A stretch of DNA of 64,000 nucleotides from the human T2T-CHM13v2.0 reference genome, Homo sapiens: NCBI RefSeq assembly GCF_009914755.1, contig NC_060939.1; one strand, given 5' to 3'. The notes beneath the pieces are model-generated. The model made no database searches and was not told where the DNA came from. It saw only the letters and a program-made list of their open reading frames with translations. Of this stretch, positions 1 to 16,200 are shown piece by piece (within the stretch, counting starts at the first letter, position 1; the number at the start of each line of letters is the position of its first letter). The position numbers were made by a program, and so were the translations under genes.

Positions 1-3000
1 TGGAATCAAACCAATGCAATGGAATGGAATGGAATGCAGTGGAATCCACCTGAGTGGAATGGAATGGAATGGAATGGAATGGAATGGAGTGGAATGGAAC
101 GGAATGGAATGGAATGGAACGGAATAGAATGGAACAAACCCGAATGGAATGGAATGGAATTAACCCGAATGGAATGGAATGGATTGGAATGGAATGGAAT
201 GGAATCAACCTGAGCGGAAAGGAATGGAATGGAATGGAGTGGAATGTAATGTAATGGAATGGAATGGAATGGAATCAACCCGAATGGAATGGAACGGAAT
301 GGAATGGAAAGGAATGGAATGGAATGGAATGAAATGGAATGGAATGGAGTGGAATCTAACGGAATGGAGTGGAATGCAATAAACACCAGGGGAATGAAAT
401 GGATTGGAATGAAATGGAATGGAATGGAATGGAATGGAATGGAATGAAAGCAACCCGAGTGGAATTGAACGGAATGGAATGGAATGGAAAGAAAAGAATG
501 GAAAGGAATGGGGTGGAATCAACATGAGAGGAATGGAATGCAGTGGAATGGAATGTGATGTAATGGAAAGGAATGGAATGGAATCAACACGAATGGAATG
601 GAACGGAATGGAATGGCATGGGATGGAATTTAATAGAATGGAAGTTAATCAACACGAATGGAATGGAATGGAATGGAATGGAATGGAATGGAATGGAATG
701 GAATGGAAAGGAATGAAATGGAAAGGAACGGAATGGAATCAACACGAGTGGAATGTAATGGAACGGAATGGAATCAACCCGAGTGGGATGAAATGGAATG
801 TAATGCAATGGGATGGAGGGGAATCAACCCGAGTGGAATGGAATGGAATGGAATGGAATGGAATGGAATGGAATGGAATGAAATAGAATGGATCCGAAAG
901 GAACACATTGGAATCAACTGGAATGGAATGGAATGGAATGGAATGGAATGGAATGGAATAAATCCGGGTGGAGTGGATTGGAATGTAATGGAGAGCAATG
1001 TAATGGAATTTTGTGGAATGGAATGGAATGGAATGGAATGGAATGAAATGGATTGGATCGGGATGGAATCCAATGGAATAAACTGGAATGGAATGGAATG
1101 GAAGGGAATGGAATGGAATGGAATAAATCCGGGTGGAGTGGAATGGAATGGAATGGAGTGGAATATAATGGAATTTTGTGGAATGGAATGGAATGGAATG
1201 GAATGGAATGGAATGGAATGGAATGAAATGGATTGGATCGGAATGGAACCCAATGGAATCAACAGGAATGGAATAGAATGGAATGGAATTCAATGGAATG
1301 GAATGGAATAAATCCGGGTGGAGTGGAATGGAATGAAATGGAGTGGAATGGAATGGAATTTAGTGGAATGGAATGGAATGGAATGGAATGGAATTGAATG
1401 GAACGGAATCAACCCGAATGGAATGGAACGCAATGGAATGGAAAGGAATGGAATGGAATGGAATGGAATGGAATGGAATGGAATGGAATCAACACAAATG
1501 GGATGGCATGGAATTGAATGGAATGGAATGGAATGGAATGGAATGGAATGGAATGGAATGGAATGGAATGGAATCAACCCAAGTGCAATGGAATGGAATG
1601 GAATGCAATGGAATCCACCCGAGTGGAATGGAATGGAATGGAATGGCATGGAATGGAATGGAATGGAATGGAATGGAATGGAGTGGAATGGAACGAAATG
1701 GAGTGGAATGCAATAAACACCAGGGGAATGAAATGCATTGGAATGAAATGGAATGGAATGGAATGGAATGGAATGGAATGGAATGGAATAAATCCGGGTG
1801 GAGTGGAATGGAATGTAATGGAGTGGAATGTAATGGAATTTAGTGGAATGGGATGGAATGGAATCAACACGAATGGAATGGAACGGAATGGAATGAGATG
1901 GGATGGAATGGAATGGAATGGAAGTTAATCAACACGAATTGAATGGAACGGAATGCAATGGAATGGAATGGAATGGAATGGAATGGAATGGAATGGAATG
2001 GAATGAAATCAACCCGAGTGGAATGGAACGGAATGGAATGGAATGGAAAGGAATGAATGGAATGGAATGGTGTGGAATCAACACGAGAGGAATGGAATGG
2101 AATGGAATGGAATGGAACGGAACGGAATGGAAAGGAATGGAATGGAATGAACGTGAATGGAATGGAATGGATTGGAATGGAAAGGAATGGAATCAACCCG
2201 AGTGGAAAGGAATGGAATGGAATGGAGTGGAATGGAATGGAATGGAATGGAATGGAGTGGAATGGAATGGAATGGAATGGAATGGAATGGAATGGAATGG
2301 AATCAACACGAATGGAATGGAACGGAACGGAATGGGATGGGATGGAATGGAATGGAATGGAACTTAATCAACACGAATGGAAAGTAATGGAATGCAATGC
2401 ACCCGAATGGAATGGAATGAACCCGAATGGAATGGAATGGATTGGAATGCAATGGAATGGAATCAACCTGAGAGGAAAGGAATGGAATGGAATGGAGTGG
2501 AATGGAATGGAATGAACCCGAATTGAATGGAATGGATTGGAATGGAATGGAATGGAATCAACCCGAGCTTAAAGGAATGGAACGGAATGGAGTGGAATGG
2601 AATGTAACGGAATGGAATGGAATGGAATGGAATCAACACTAATGGAATGGAACGGAATGGAATGGGATGGGATGGAATGGAATGGAATGGAAGTTAATCA
2701 ACACGAATGGAATGGAACAGAATGGAATGGAATGGAATGGAATGGAATGAAATGGAATGGAATGGAATGAAATGAAAGGGAAAGGAACGGAATGGAATCA
2801 ACACGAGTGGAATGCAATGGAACGGAATGGAATCAACCCGAGTGGAATGAAATGGAATGTAATGCAAAGGGATGGAGGGGAATCAACACGAGTGGAATGG
2901 AATGGAATGGAATGCAATGGAATGGAATGGAATGGAATGGAATGAAATGGATTGGATTGGAATGGAATACAATGGAATCAACTGGAATGGAATGAAATGC

Positions 3001-6000
3001 AATGCAATGGAAGGGAATGGAATGGAATGGAATAAATCCGGTTGGAGTGGAATGCAATGTAATGGAGTGGAATGGAATGGAATTTAGTGGAATGGAATGG
3101 AATGGAATGGAATGGAATGGAATGGACCCGAATGGAATGGAATGGATTGGAATGGAATGGAATGGAATCAACCCGCGCGGAAAGGAATTGAATGGAATGG
3201 AGTGGAATGGAATATAATGGAATGGAATGGAAAGGAATGGAATCAACACGAATGGAATGGAACGGAATGGAATGTGATGGGATGGAATGGAATGGAATGG
3301 AAGTTAATCAACAGGAATGGAATGCAACGGAATGGAATGGAATGGAATGGAATGGAATGAACCCTAATGGAATTGAATGGATTGGAATGCAATGGAATGG
3401 AATCAACCCGAGCGGAAAGGATTCGAATGGAATGGAGTGGAATGTAATGTAATGTAATGGAATGGAATGGAATCAACACGAATGGAATGGAACGGAATGG
3501 AATGGTATGGGATGGAATGGAATGGAATGGAAGTTAATCAACACGAATGGAGTGGAATGGAATGGAATGGAATGGAATGGAATGGAATGGAATGGAATGA
3601 AATGGAAAGGAACGGAATGGAATCAACACGAGTGGAATGGAATGGAACGGAATGGAATCAACCCGAGTGGAATGAAATGGAATGTAGTGCAATGGGATGG
3701 AGTGGAATCAACCCGAGTGGAATGGAATGGAATGGAATGGAATGGAATGGAATGGAAAGGAATGGAATGAAATGGATTGGATCGGAATGGAATCCAATCG
3801 AATTAACTGGAATGGAATGGAATGGAATGGAATGGAATAAACCCGGGTGGAGTGGAATGGAATGTAATGGAGTGGAATGGAATGGAATTTTGTGGGATGG
3901 AATGGAATGGAATGGAATGCAATGGAATGGAATCAACCGGAATGGGATGGCATGGAATGGAATTGAGTGGAATGGAATGGAATGGAATGGAATGGAATGG
4001 AATCAAACCAATGCAATGGAATGGAATGGAATGCAGTGGAATCCACCTGAGTGGAATGGAATGGAATGGAATGGAATGGAATGGAGTGGAATGGAACGGA
4101 ATGGAATGGAATGGAACGGAATAGAATGGAACAAACCCGAATGGAATGGAATGGAATTAACCCGAATGGAATGGAATGGATTGGAATGGAATGGAATGGA
4201 ATCAACCTGAGCGGAAAGGAATGGAATGGAATGGAGTGGAATGTAATGTAATGGAATGGAATGGAATGGAATCAACCCGAATGGAATGGAACGGAATGGA
4301 ATGGAAAGGAATGGAATGGAATGGAATGAAATGGAATGGAATGGAGTGGAATCTAACGGAATGGAGTGGAATGCAATAAACACCAGGGGAATGAAATGGA
4401 TTGGAATGAAATGGAATGGAATGGAATGGAATGGAATGGAATGAAAGCAACCCGAGTGGAATTGAACGGAATGGAATGGAATGGAAAGAAAAGAATGGAA
4501 AGGAATGGGGTGGAATCAACATGAGAGGAATGGAATGCAGTGGAATGGAATGTGATGTAATGGAAAGGAATGGAATGGAATCAACACGAATGGAATGGAA
4601 CGGAATGGAATGGCATGGGATGGAATTCAATAGAATGGAAGTTAATCAACACGAATGGAATGGAACGGAATGGAATGGAATGGAATGGAATGGAATGGAC
4701 AGGAATGAAATGGAAAGGAACGGAATGGAATCAACACGAGTGGAATGTAATGGAACGGAATGGAATCAACCCGAGTGGGATGAAATGGAATGTAATGCAA
4801 TGGGATGGAGGGGAATCAACCCGAGTGGAATGGAATGGAATGGAATGGAATGGAATGGAATGGAATGGAATGAAATGGATTGGATCGGGATGGAATCCAA
4901 TGGAATAAACTGGAATGGAATGGAATGGAAGGGAATGGAATGGAATGGAATAAATCCGGGTGGAGTGGAATGGAATGGAATGGAGTGGAATATAATGGAA
5001 TTTTGTGGAATGGAATGGAATGGAATGGAATGGAATGGAATGGAATGAAATGGATTGGATCGGAATGGAACCCAATGGAATCAACAGGAATGGAATAGAA
5101 TGGAATGGAATTCAATGGAATGGAATGGAATAAATCCGGGTGGAGTGGAATGGAATGAAATGGAGTGGAATGGAATGGAATTTAGTGGAATGGAATGGAA
5201 TGGAATGGAATGGAATTGAATGGAATGGAATCAACCCGAATGGAATGGAACGCAATGGAATGGAAAGGAATGGAATGGAATGGAATGGAATGGAATGGAA
5301 TGGAATGGAATCAACACAAATGGGATGGCATGGAATTGAATGGAATGGAATGGAATGGAATGGAATGGAATGGAATGGAATGGAATCAACCCAAGTGCAA
5401 TGGAATGGAATGGAATGCAATGGAATCCACCCGAGTGGAATGGAATGGAATGGAATGGCATGGAATGGAATGGAATGGAATGGAATGGAATGGAGTGGAA
5501 TGGAACGAAATAGAGTGGAATGCAATAAACACCAGGGGAATGAAATGCATTGGAATGAAATGGAATGGAATGGAATGGAATGGAATGGAATGGAATGGAT
5601 TGGAATAAATCCGGGTGGAGTGGAATGGAATGTAATGGAGTGGAATGTAATGGAATTTAGTGGAATGGGATGGAATGGAATCAACACGAATGGAATGGAA
5701 CGGAATGGAATGAGATGGGATGGAATGGAATGGAATGGAAGTTAATCAACACGAATTGAATGGAACGGAATGCAATGGAATGGAATGGAATGGAATGGAA
5801 TGGAATGGAATGGAATGGAATGGAATGGAATGGAATGAAATCAACCCGAGTGGAATGGAACGGAATGGAATGGAATGGAAAGGAATGAATGGAATGGAAT
5901 GGTGTGGAATCAACACGAGAGGAATGGAATGGAATGGAATGGAATGGAACGGAACGGAATGGAAAGGAATGGAATGGAATGAACGTGAATGGAATGGAAT

Positions 6001-8240
6001 GGATTGGAATGGAAAGGAATGGAATCAACCCGAGTGGAAAGGAATGGAATGGAATGGAGTGGAATGGAATGGAATGGAATGGAATGGAGTGGAATGGAAT
6101 GGAATGGAATGGAATGGAATGGAATGGAATGGAATCAACACGAATGGAATGGAACGGAACGGAATGGGATGGGATGGAATGGAATGGAATGGAACTTAAT
6201 CAACACGAATGGAAAGTAATGGAATGCAATGCACCCGAATGGAATGGAATGAACCCGAATGGAATCTAATGGATTGGAATGCAATGGAATGGAATCAACC
6301 TGAGAGGAAAGGAATGGAATGGAATGGAGTGGAATGGAATGGAATGAACCCGAATTGAATGGAATGGATTGGAATGGAATGGAATGGAATCAACCCGAGC
6401 TTAAAGGAATGGAACGGAATGGAGTGGAATGGAATGTAACGGAATGGAATGGAATGGAATGGAATCAACACTAATGGAATGGAACGGAATGGAATGGGAT
6501 GGGATGGAATGGAATGGAATGGAAGTTAATCAACACGAATGGAATGGAACAAAATGGAATGGAATGGAATGGAATGGAATGAAATGGAATGGAATGGAAT
6601 GAAATGAAAGGGAAAGGAACGGAATGGAATCAACACGAGTGGAATGCAATGGAACGGAATGGAATCAACCAGAGTGGAATGAAATGGAATGTAATGCAAA
6701 GGGATGTAGGGGAATCAACACGAGTGGAATGGAATGGAATGGAATGCAATGGAATGGAATGGAATGGAATGGAATGAAATGGATTGGATTGGAATGGAAT
6801 ACAATGGAATCAACTGGAATGGAATGAAATGCAATGCAATGGAAGGGAATGGAATGGAATGGAATAAATCCGGTTGGAGTGGAATGCAATGTAATGGAGT
6901 GGAATGGAATGGAATTTAGCGGAATGGAATGGAATGGAATGGAATGGAATGGAATGGACCCGAATGGAATGGAATGGATTGGAATGGAATGGAATGGAAT
7001 CAACCCGAGCGGAAAGGAATTGAATGGAATGGAGTGGAAAGGAATATAATGGAATGGAATGGAAAGGAATGGAATCAACACGAATGGAATGGAACGGAAT
7101 GGAATGAGATGGGATGGAATGGAATGGAATGGAAGTTAATCAACAGGAATGGAATGCAACGGAATGGAATGGAATGGAATGGAATGAACCCGAATGGAAT
7201 TGAATGGATTGGAATGCAATGGAATGCAATCAACCCGAGCGGAAAGGATTCGAATGGAATGGAGTGGAATGTAATGTAATGTAATGGAATGGAATGGAAT
7301 GGAATCAACACGAATGGAATGGAACGGAATGGAATGGTATGGGATGGAATGGAATGGAATGGAAGTTAATCAACACGAATGGAGTGGAATGGAATGGAAT
7401 GGAATGGAATGGAATGGAATGGAATGAAATGGAAAGGAACGGAATGGAATCAACACGAGTGGAATGGAATGGAACGGAATGGAATCAACCCGAGTGGAAT
7501 AAAATGGAATGTAGTGCAATGGGATGGAGTGGAATCAACCCGAGTGGAATGGAATGGAATGGAATGGAATGGAATGGAAAGGAATGGAATGAAATGGATT
7601 GGATCGGAATGGAATCCAATCGAATTAACTGGAATGGAATGGAATGGAATGGAATGGAATGGAATAAATCCGGGTGGAGTGGAATGGAATGTAATGGAGT
7701 GGAATGGAATGGAATTTTGTGGGATGGAATGGAATGGAATGGAATGCAATGGAATGGAATCAACCGGAATGGGATGGCATGGAATGGAATTGAGTGGAAT
7801 GGAATGGAATGGAATGGAATGGAATCAAACCAAGTGCAATGGAATGGAATGGAATGGAATGGAATCCACCTGAGTGTAATGGAATGGAATGGAATGGAAT
7901 GGAATGGAATGGAATGGAGTGGAATGGAACGGAATGGAATGGAATGGAACGGAATAGAATGGAACGAACCCGAATGGAATGGAATGGAATTAACCCGAAT
8001 GTAATGGAATGGATTAGAATGGAATGCAAAGGAATCAACCTGAGCGGAAAGGAATGGAATGGAATGGAGTGGAATGTAATGTAATGGAATGGAATGGAAT
8101 GGAATCAACCTGAATGGAATGCAACGGAATGGAATGGAAAGGAATGGAATGGAATGGAATGAAATGGAATGGAATGGAGTGGAATCTAAGGGAATGGAGT
8201 GGAATGCAACAAACAACAGGGGAATGAAATGGATTGGAAT
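1..8240 (+). repeat. ~3.8-4.0-kb tandem HSat3 unit: 2 copies plus a partial third
   Basis: GGAATCAAACCAA at 2, 3999 and 7821. The ORF track repeats at offsets 3997 (6/4003) and then 3817-3832 (1290/5112, 2833/6665, 3462/7294). Confidence 0.9.
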
Positions 8241-11200
8241 GGAATGGAATGGAATGGAATGGAATGGAATGAACCCGAATGGAACGGAATGGATTGGAAT
8301 GGAATGGAATGGAATCAACCTGAGCGGAGAGGATTGGAATGGAATGGAGTGGAATGGAATGTAGTGGAATGGAATGTAACGGAATGGAATCAACACGAAT
8401 GGAATGGAACGGAATGGAATGGAATGGAATGGAATGGAATGGAATGGAATGGAAGTTAATCAACACGATTAGAATGGAATGGAATGGAATGGAATGGAAT
8501 GGAATGGAATGGAGTGGAATAGAACGGAATGGAGTGGAATGCAATAAACACCAGGGGAATTAAATGCATTGGAATGAAATGGAATGGAATGGAATGGAAT
8601 GGAATGGAATGGAATGGAATGAAATCAACCCGAGTGGAATGAAATGGAATGTAGTGCAATGGGATGGAGGGGAATCAACCCGAGTGGAGTTGAATGGAAT
8701 GGAATGGAATGGAATGGAATGAAATGGAATGGATCGGAATGGAACCCAATGGAATCAACTGGAATGGAATGGAATGGAATGGAATGGAATGGAAAGGAAT
8801 GGAATGGAATCAACCAGAATGGGATGGCATGGAATGGAATTGAGTTGAATGGAATGGAATGGAATGGAATGGAATCAAAACAAGTGCAATGGAATGGATT
8901 GGAATGCAATGGAATCCACCCGAGTGGAATGGAATGGAATGGAATGGAATGGAATGGAATGGAATGGAATGGAGTGGAATGGAACGGAATGGAGTGGAAT
9001 GGAACGGAATGGAGTGGAATGGAATAAACACCAGGGGAATGAAATGGATTGGAATGGAATGGAATGGAATGGAATGGAATGGAATGAAATCAACCCGAGT
9101 GGAATGGAACGGAATGGAATGGAAGGGAAAGGAATGAATGGAATGGTATGGTGTGGAATCAACACGAGAGGAATGGAATGGAATGGAATGGAACGGAACG
9201 GAATGGAAAGGAATGGAATGGAATGAAAGCAAATGGAATGGAATGGATTGGAATGGAATGGAATGGAATCAACCCGAGCGGAAAGGAATGGAATGGAGTG
9301 GAATGGAATGGAATGGAATGGAATGGAATGGAATGGAATCAACAAGAATGGAATGGAACGGAACGGAATGGGATGGGATGGAATGGAATGGAATGGAACT
9401 TAATCAACACGAATGGAAAGTAATGAAATGGAATGAACCCGAATTGAATGGAATGGATTGGAATGCAATGGAATGGAATCAACCTCAGAGGAAAGGAATG
9501 GAATGGAATGGAGTGGAATGGAATAGAATGGAATGGAATGGAATGGAATGGAATGGAATCAACACGAATGGAATGGAATGGAATGGAATGGAATGGGATG
9601 GAATAGAATGGAATGGAAGTTAATCAAAATGAATGGAATGGAACGGAATGGAATGGAATGGAATGGAATGAACCCGAATTGAATAGAATGGATTGGAATG
9701 GAATGGAATGGAATCAACCCGAGAGGAAAGGAATGGAATGGAATGGAGTGGAATGGAATGTAATGGAATGGAATGGAATCAACATGAATGGAATGGAACG
9801 GAATGGAATGGGATGGGATGGAATGGAATGGAATGGAAGTTAATCAACACGAATGGAATGGAACAGAATGGAATGGAATGGAATAGAATGAAATGAAAGG
9901 GAAAGGAACGGAATGGAATCAACACGAGTGGAATGGAATGGAAAAGAATGGAATCAACCCGAGTGGAATGAAATGGAATGTAATGCAATGGGATGGAGGG
10001 GAATCAACACGAGTGGAATGGAATGGAATGGAATGGAATGGATTGGAATGGAATGGAATGAAATGGAATGGATCGGAATGGAATCCAATGGAATCAACTG
10101 GAATGGAATGGAATGGAATGGAATGGAATGGAATGGAATGGAATCGAACGGAATGGAATGGAATAAATCCGGGTGGAGTGGAATGGAATGGAATGGAGTG
10201 GAATGTAATGGAATTTTGTGGAATGGAATGGAATGGAATGGAATGGAATGGAATGGAATGGAATGAAATGGATTGGATCGGGATGGAATCCAGTGGAATC
10301 AACTGGAATGGAATGGAATGGAAGGGAATGGAATGGAATGGAATAAATCCGGGTGGAGTGGAATGGAAAGTAATGGAGTGGAATGTAATGGAGTTTAGTG
10401 GAATGGAATGGAATGGAATGGAATGGAATGGAATGGAATGGAATGGAATGGAATGGAATGAAATGGATTGGATAGGAAAGGAATCCAATGGAATCAACTG
10501 GAATGGAATGGAATGGAATGGAATGGAATGGAATAAATACGGGTGGAGTGGAATGGAATGGAATGGAGTGGAATGGAATGGAATTTAGTTTGATGGAATG
10601 GAATGGAATGGAATGCAATGGAATGGAATGGAATGGAATGGAATCAACCGGAATGGGATGGCATGGAATGGAATTGAGTGGAATGGAATGGAATGGAATG
10701 GAAAGGAATCAAACCAAGTGCAATGAAATGGAATGGAATGCAATGGAATCCACCCGAGTGGAATGGAATGGAATGGAATGGAATGGAATGGAATGGAGTG
10801 GAATAGAAAGGAATGGAGTGGAATGGAATAAACAAAGGGGAATGAAATGGATTGGAATGAAATGGAATGGAATGGAATGGAATGGAATGGAATGAAATCA
10901 ACCCAAGTGGAATGGAACGGAATGGAATGGAAAGGAATGGAATAGAATGAAATGGCAAGGAATGGAATGGAATCAACCCAAATGGGATGGCATGGAATGG
11001 AATTGAATGGAATGGAATGGAATGGAATGGAATCAACCGAAGTGCAATGGAATGGAAAGGAATGCAATGGAATCTACCCGAGTGGAATGGAATGGAATGG
11101 AATGGAATGGAATGGAATGGAATGGAATGGAGTGGAATAGAAAGGAATGGAGTGGAATGGAATAAACACCAGGGGAATGAAATGGATTGGAATGAAATGG

Positions 11201-13216
11201 AATGGAATGGAATGGAATGGAATGAAATCAACCCGAGTGGAATGGAACGGAATGGAATGGAATGGATAGGAATTAATGGAATGGAATGGGGTGAAATCAA
11301 CACGAGAGGAATGGAATGGAATGGAATGGAATGGAATGGAATGGAATGAACCCGAATGGAATGGAATGGATTGGAATGGAATGGAATGGAATCAACCCGA
11401 GCAGAAAGGAATGGAATGGAATGGAGTGGAATGGAATGGAATGGAATGGAAGTTAATCAACACGAATTGAATGGAACGGAATGCAATGGGATGGGTTGGA
11501 ATGGAATGGAAAGAAATTTAATCAACACGAATGGAATGGAAAGGAATGGAATGGAATGGCATGGAATGGAATGGAATGGAATGGAATGGAATGGAATAGA
11601 ATGAAATAGAAAGCAAAGGAATGGAATCAACACGAGTGGAATAGAATGGAACGGAATGGAATTAACCCGAGTGGAATGAAATGGAATGTAAAGCAATGGG
11701 ATGGAGTGGAATCAACCCGAGTGGAATGGAATGGAATGGAATAAATCCGGGTGGAGTGCAATGGAATGTAATGGAGTGGAATGTAAAGGAATTTAGTGGA
11801 ATGGAATGGAATGGAATCAACACGAATGGAATGGAACGGAAAGGAATGAGATGGGATGGAATGGAATGGAATGGAAGTTAATCAACAAGAATTGAATGGA
11901 ACGGAATGGAATGGAATGGAATGGAATGGAATGGAATGGAATGAAATGGAATGGAATGGAATGGAATGGAATGGAATGGAATGAAATGGAATGGAATGGA
12001 ATGGAATGGAATGGAATGAAATCAACCCGAGTGGAATGGAACGGAATGGAATGGAAAGGAAAGGAATGAATGGAATGGAATGGTGTGGAATCAACACGAG
12101 AGGAACGGAATGGAACGGAAAGGAACGGAACGGAATGGAAAGGAATGGAATGGAATGAACGCGAATGGAATGGAATGGATTGGAATGGAAAGGAATGGAA
12201 TCAACCCGAGCGGAAAGGAATGGAATGGAATGGACTGGAATGGAATGGAATGGAATGGAATGGAATGGAATGGAATGGAATCAACAAGAATGGAATGGAA
12301 CGGAACGGAATGGGATGGGATGGAATGGAATGGAATGGAACTTAATCAACACGAATGGAAAGTAATGGAATGGAATGAACCCGAATGGAATGGAATGAAC
12401 CCGAATGGAATGGAATGGACTGGAATGCAATGGAATAGAATCAACCTGAGAGGAAAGGAATGGAATGGAATGGAGTGGAATGGAATGGAATGGAATGGAA
12501 TGGAATGGAATGGAATGGAATCAAAACGAATGGAATAGAACGGAATGGAATGGGACGGGATGGAATGGAATGGAATGGAAGTTAATCAACACGAATGGAA
12601 TGGAACGGAATGGAATGGAATGGAATGGAATGGAATGGAATGAACCCGAATTGAATGGAATGGATTGGAATGGAATGGAATGGAATCAACCCGAGCAGAA
12701 AGGAATGGAATGGAATGGATTGGAATGGAATGGAATGGAATGGAATGGAATGGAATGGAATCAACACGGATGGAATGGAACGGAATGGAATGGGATGGGA
12801 TGGAATGGAATGGAACGGAAGTTAATCAACACGAATGGAATGGAACAGAATGGAATGGAATGGAATGGAATGGAATGAAATGGAATGGAATGGAATGAAA
12901 TGAAAGGGAAAGGAACGGAATGGAATCAACACGAGTGGAATGGAATGGAATGGAATGGAATCAACCCGAGTGGAATGAAATGGAATGTAATGCAATGGGA
13001 TGGAGCGGAATCAACACGAGTGGAATGGAATGGAATGGAATGGAATGGATTGGAATGGAATGGAATGAAATGGAATGGATCGGAATGGAATCCAATGGAA
13101 TCAAATGGAATGGAATGTAATGGAATGGAATGGAATGGAATGGAATGGAATGGAATGGAATGGAATGGAATAAATCCGGGTGGAGTGGAATGGAATGTAA
13201 TGGAGTGGAATGTAAT

Positions 13217-13231
13217 GGAATTTTCTGGAAT
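13217..13231. promoter_or_regulatory. Perfect heat-shock element motif nGAAnnTTCnnGAAn (copy 1)
   Basis: gGAAt tTTCt gGAAt read directly. Motif match only; function untested. Confidence 0.45.
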
Positions 13232-16200
13232 GGAATGGAATGGAATGGAATGGAATGGAATGGATTGGATCGGAATGGAATCCAAAGGAATCAACTGGAA
13301 TGGAATGGAATGGAATGGAATAAATCCGGGTGGAGTGGAATGGAATGAAATGGAGTGGAATGGAATGGAATTTAATGGAATGGAATGGAACGGAATGGAA
13401 TGGAATGGAATGGAATGGAATCAAACCGAATGGAATGGAACGGAATGGAATGGAAAGGAATGGAATGGAATGGAATGGAATGGAATGGAATCAACCCGAA
13501 TGGGATGGCATGGAATTGAATGGAATGGAATGGAATGGAATGGAATGGAATGGAATGGAATGAAACCGAATGGAAAGGAATAGATTGGAATGGAATGGAA
13601 TGGAATCAACCCGAGCGGAACGGAATTGAATGGAATGGAGTGGAATGGAATATAATGGAATGGAATGGAAAGGAATGGAATCAACACGAATGGAATGGAA
13701 CGGAATGGAATGGGATGGGATGGAATGGAATGGAATGGAAGTTAATCAACACGAATGGAATGGAACGGAATGGAATGGAATGGAATGGAATGGAATGGAA
13801 TGGAATGGAATGGAATGAACCCGAATGGAATGGAATGGATTGGAATGGAATGGAATGGAATCAACCTGAGCGGAAAGGATTGGAATGGAATGGAGTGGAA
13901 TGGAATGTAATGGAATGGAATGTAATGGAATGGAATCAACACGAATGGAATGGAACGAAATGGAATGGAATGGAATGGAATGGAATGGAAAGGAATGGAA
14001 TGGATTCAACACGAGTGGAATGGAATGGAACGGAATGGAATCAACCCGAGTGGAATGAAATGGAATGTAGTGCAATGGGATGGAGGGGAATCAACCCGAG
14101 TGGAATGGAATGGAATGGAATGGAATGGAATGGAATGAAATGGAATGGATCGGAATGGAACACAATGGAATAAACTGGAATGGAATGGAATGGAATGGAA
14201 TGGAATGGAATGGAATGGAATGGAATAAACCCGGGTGGAGTGGAATGGAATGAAATGGAGTGGAATGGAATGGAATTTAGTGGAATGGAATGGAATGGAA
14301 TCAAACCGAATGGAATGGAACGGAATGGAATGGAAAGGAATGGAATGGAATGGAATGGAATGGAATGGAATGGAATGGAATGGAATGGAATGGAATCAAC
14401 ACAAGTGGGATGGCATAGAATTGAATTGAATGGAATGGAATGGAAAGGAATGGAATGGAATGGAATCAACCCAAGTGCAATGGAATGGAATGGAATGCAA
14501 TGGAATCCACCCGAGTGGAATGGAATGGAATGGAATGGCATGGAATGGAATGGAATGGAATGGAATGGAATGGAGTGGAATAGAACGGAATGAAGTGGAA
14601 TGCAATAAACACCAGGGGAATGAAATGCATTGGAATGAAATGGAATGGAATGGAATGGAATGGAATGGAATGGAATGGAATGGAATGAAATCAACCCGAG
14701 TGGAATGAAATGGAATGTAGTGCAATGGGATGGAGGGGAATCAACCCGAGTGGAGTTGAATGGAATGGAATGGAATGGAATGGAATGAAATGGAATGGAT
14801 CGGAATGGAACCCAATGGAATCAACTGGAATGGAATGGAATGGAATGGAATGGAATGGAAAGGAATGGAATGGAATCAACCAGAATGGGATGGCATGGAA
14901 TGGAATTGAGTTGAATGGAATGGAATGGAATGGAATGGAATCAAAACAAGTGCAATGGAATGGATTGGAATGCAATGGAATCCACCCGAGTGGAATGGAA
15001 TGGAATGGAATGGAATGGAATGGAATGGAATGGAATGGAGTGGAATGGAACGGAATGGAGTGGAATGGAACGGAATGGAGTGGAATGGAATAAACACCAG
15101 GGGAATGAAATGGATTGGAATGGAATGGAATGGAATGGAATGGAATGGAATGAAATCAACCCGAGTGGAATGGAACGGAATGGAATGGAAGGGAAAGGAA
15201 TGAATGGAATGGTATGGTGTGGAATCAACACGAGAGGAATGGAATGGAATGGAATGGAACGGAACGGAATGGAAAGGAATGGAATGGAATGAAAGCAAAT
15301 GGAATGGAATGGATTGGAATGGAATGGAATGGAATCAACCCGAGCGGAAAGGAATGGAATGGAGTGGAATGGAATGGAATGGAATGGAATGGAATGGAAT
15401 GGAATCAACAAGAATGGAATGGAACGGAACGGAATGGGATGGGATGGAATGGAATGGAATGGAACTTAATCAACACGAATGGAAAGTAATGAAATGGAAT
15501 GAACCCGAATTGAATGGAATGGATTGGAATGCAATGGAATGGAATCAACCTCAGAGGAAAGGAATGGAATGGAATGGAGTGGAATGGAATAGAATGGAAT
15601 GGAATGGAATGGAATGGAATGGAATCAACACGAATGGAATGGAATGGAATGGAATGGAATGGGATGGAATAGAATGGAATGGAAGTTAATCAAAATGAAT
15701 GGAATGGAACGGAATGGAATGGAATGGAATGGAATGAACCCGAATTGAATAGAATGGATTGGAATGGAATGGAATGGAATCAACCCGAGAGGAAAGGAAT
15801 GGAATGGAATGGAGTGGAATGGAATGTAATGGAATGGAATGGAATCAACATGAATGGAATGGAACGGAATGGAATGGGATGGGATGGAATGGAATGGAAT
15901 GGAAGTTAATCAACACGAATGGAATGGAACAGAATGGAATGGAATGGAATAGAATGAAATGAAAGGGAAAGGAACGGAATGGAATCAACACGAGTGGAAT
16001 GGAATGGAAAAGAATGGAATCAACCCGAGTGGAATGAAATGGAATGTAATGCAATGGGATGGAGGGGAATCAACACGAGTGGAATGGAATGGAATGGAAT
16101 GGAATGGATTGGAATGGAATGGAATGAAATGGAATGGATCGGAATGGAATCCAATGGAATCAACTGGAATGGAATGGAATGGAATGGAATGGAATGGAAT

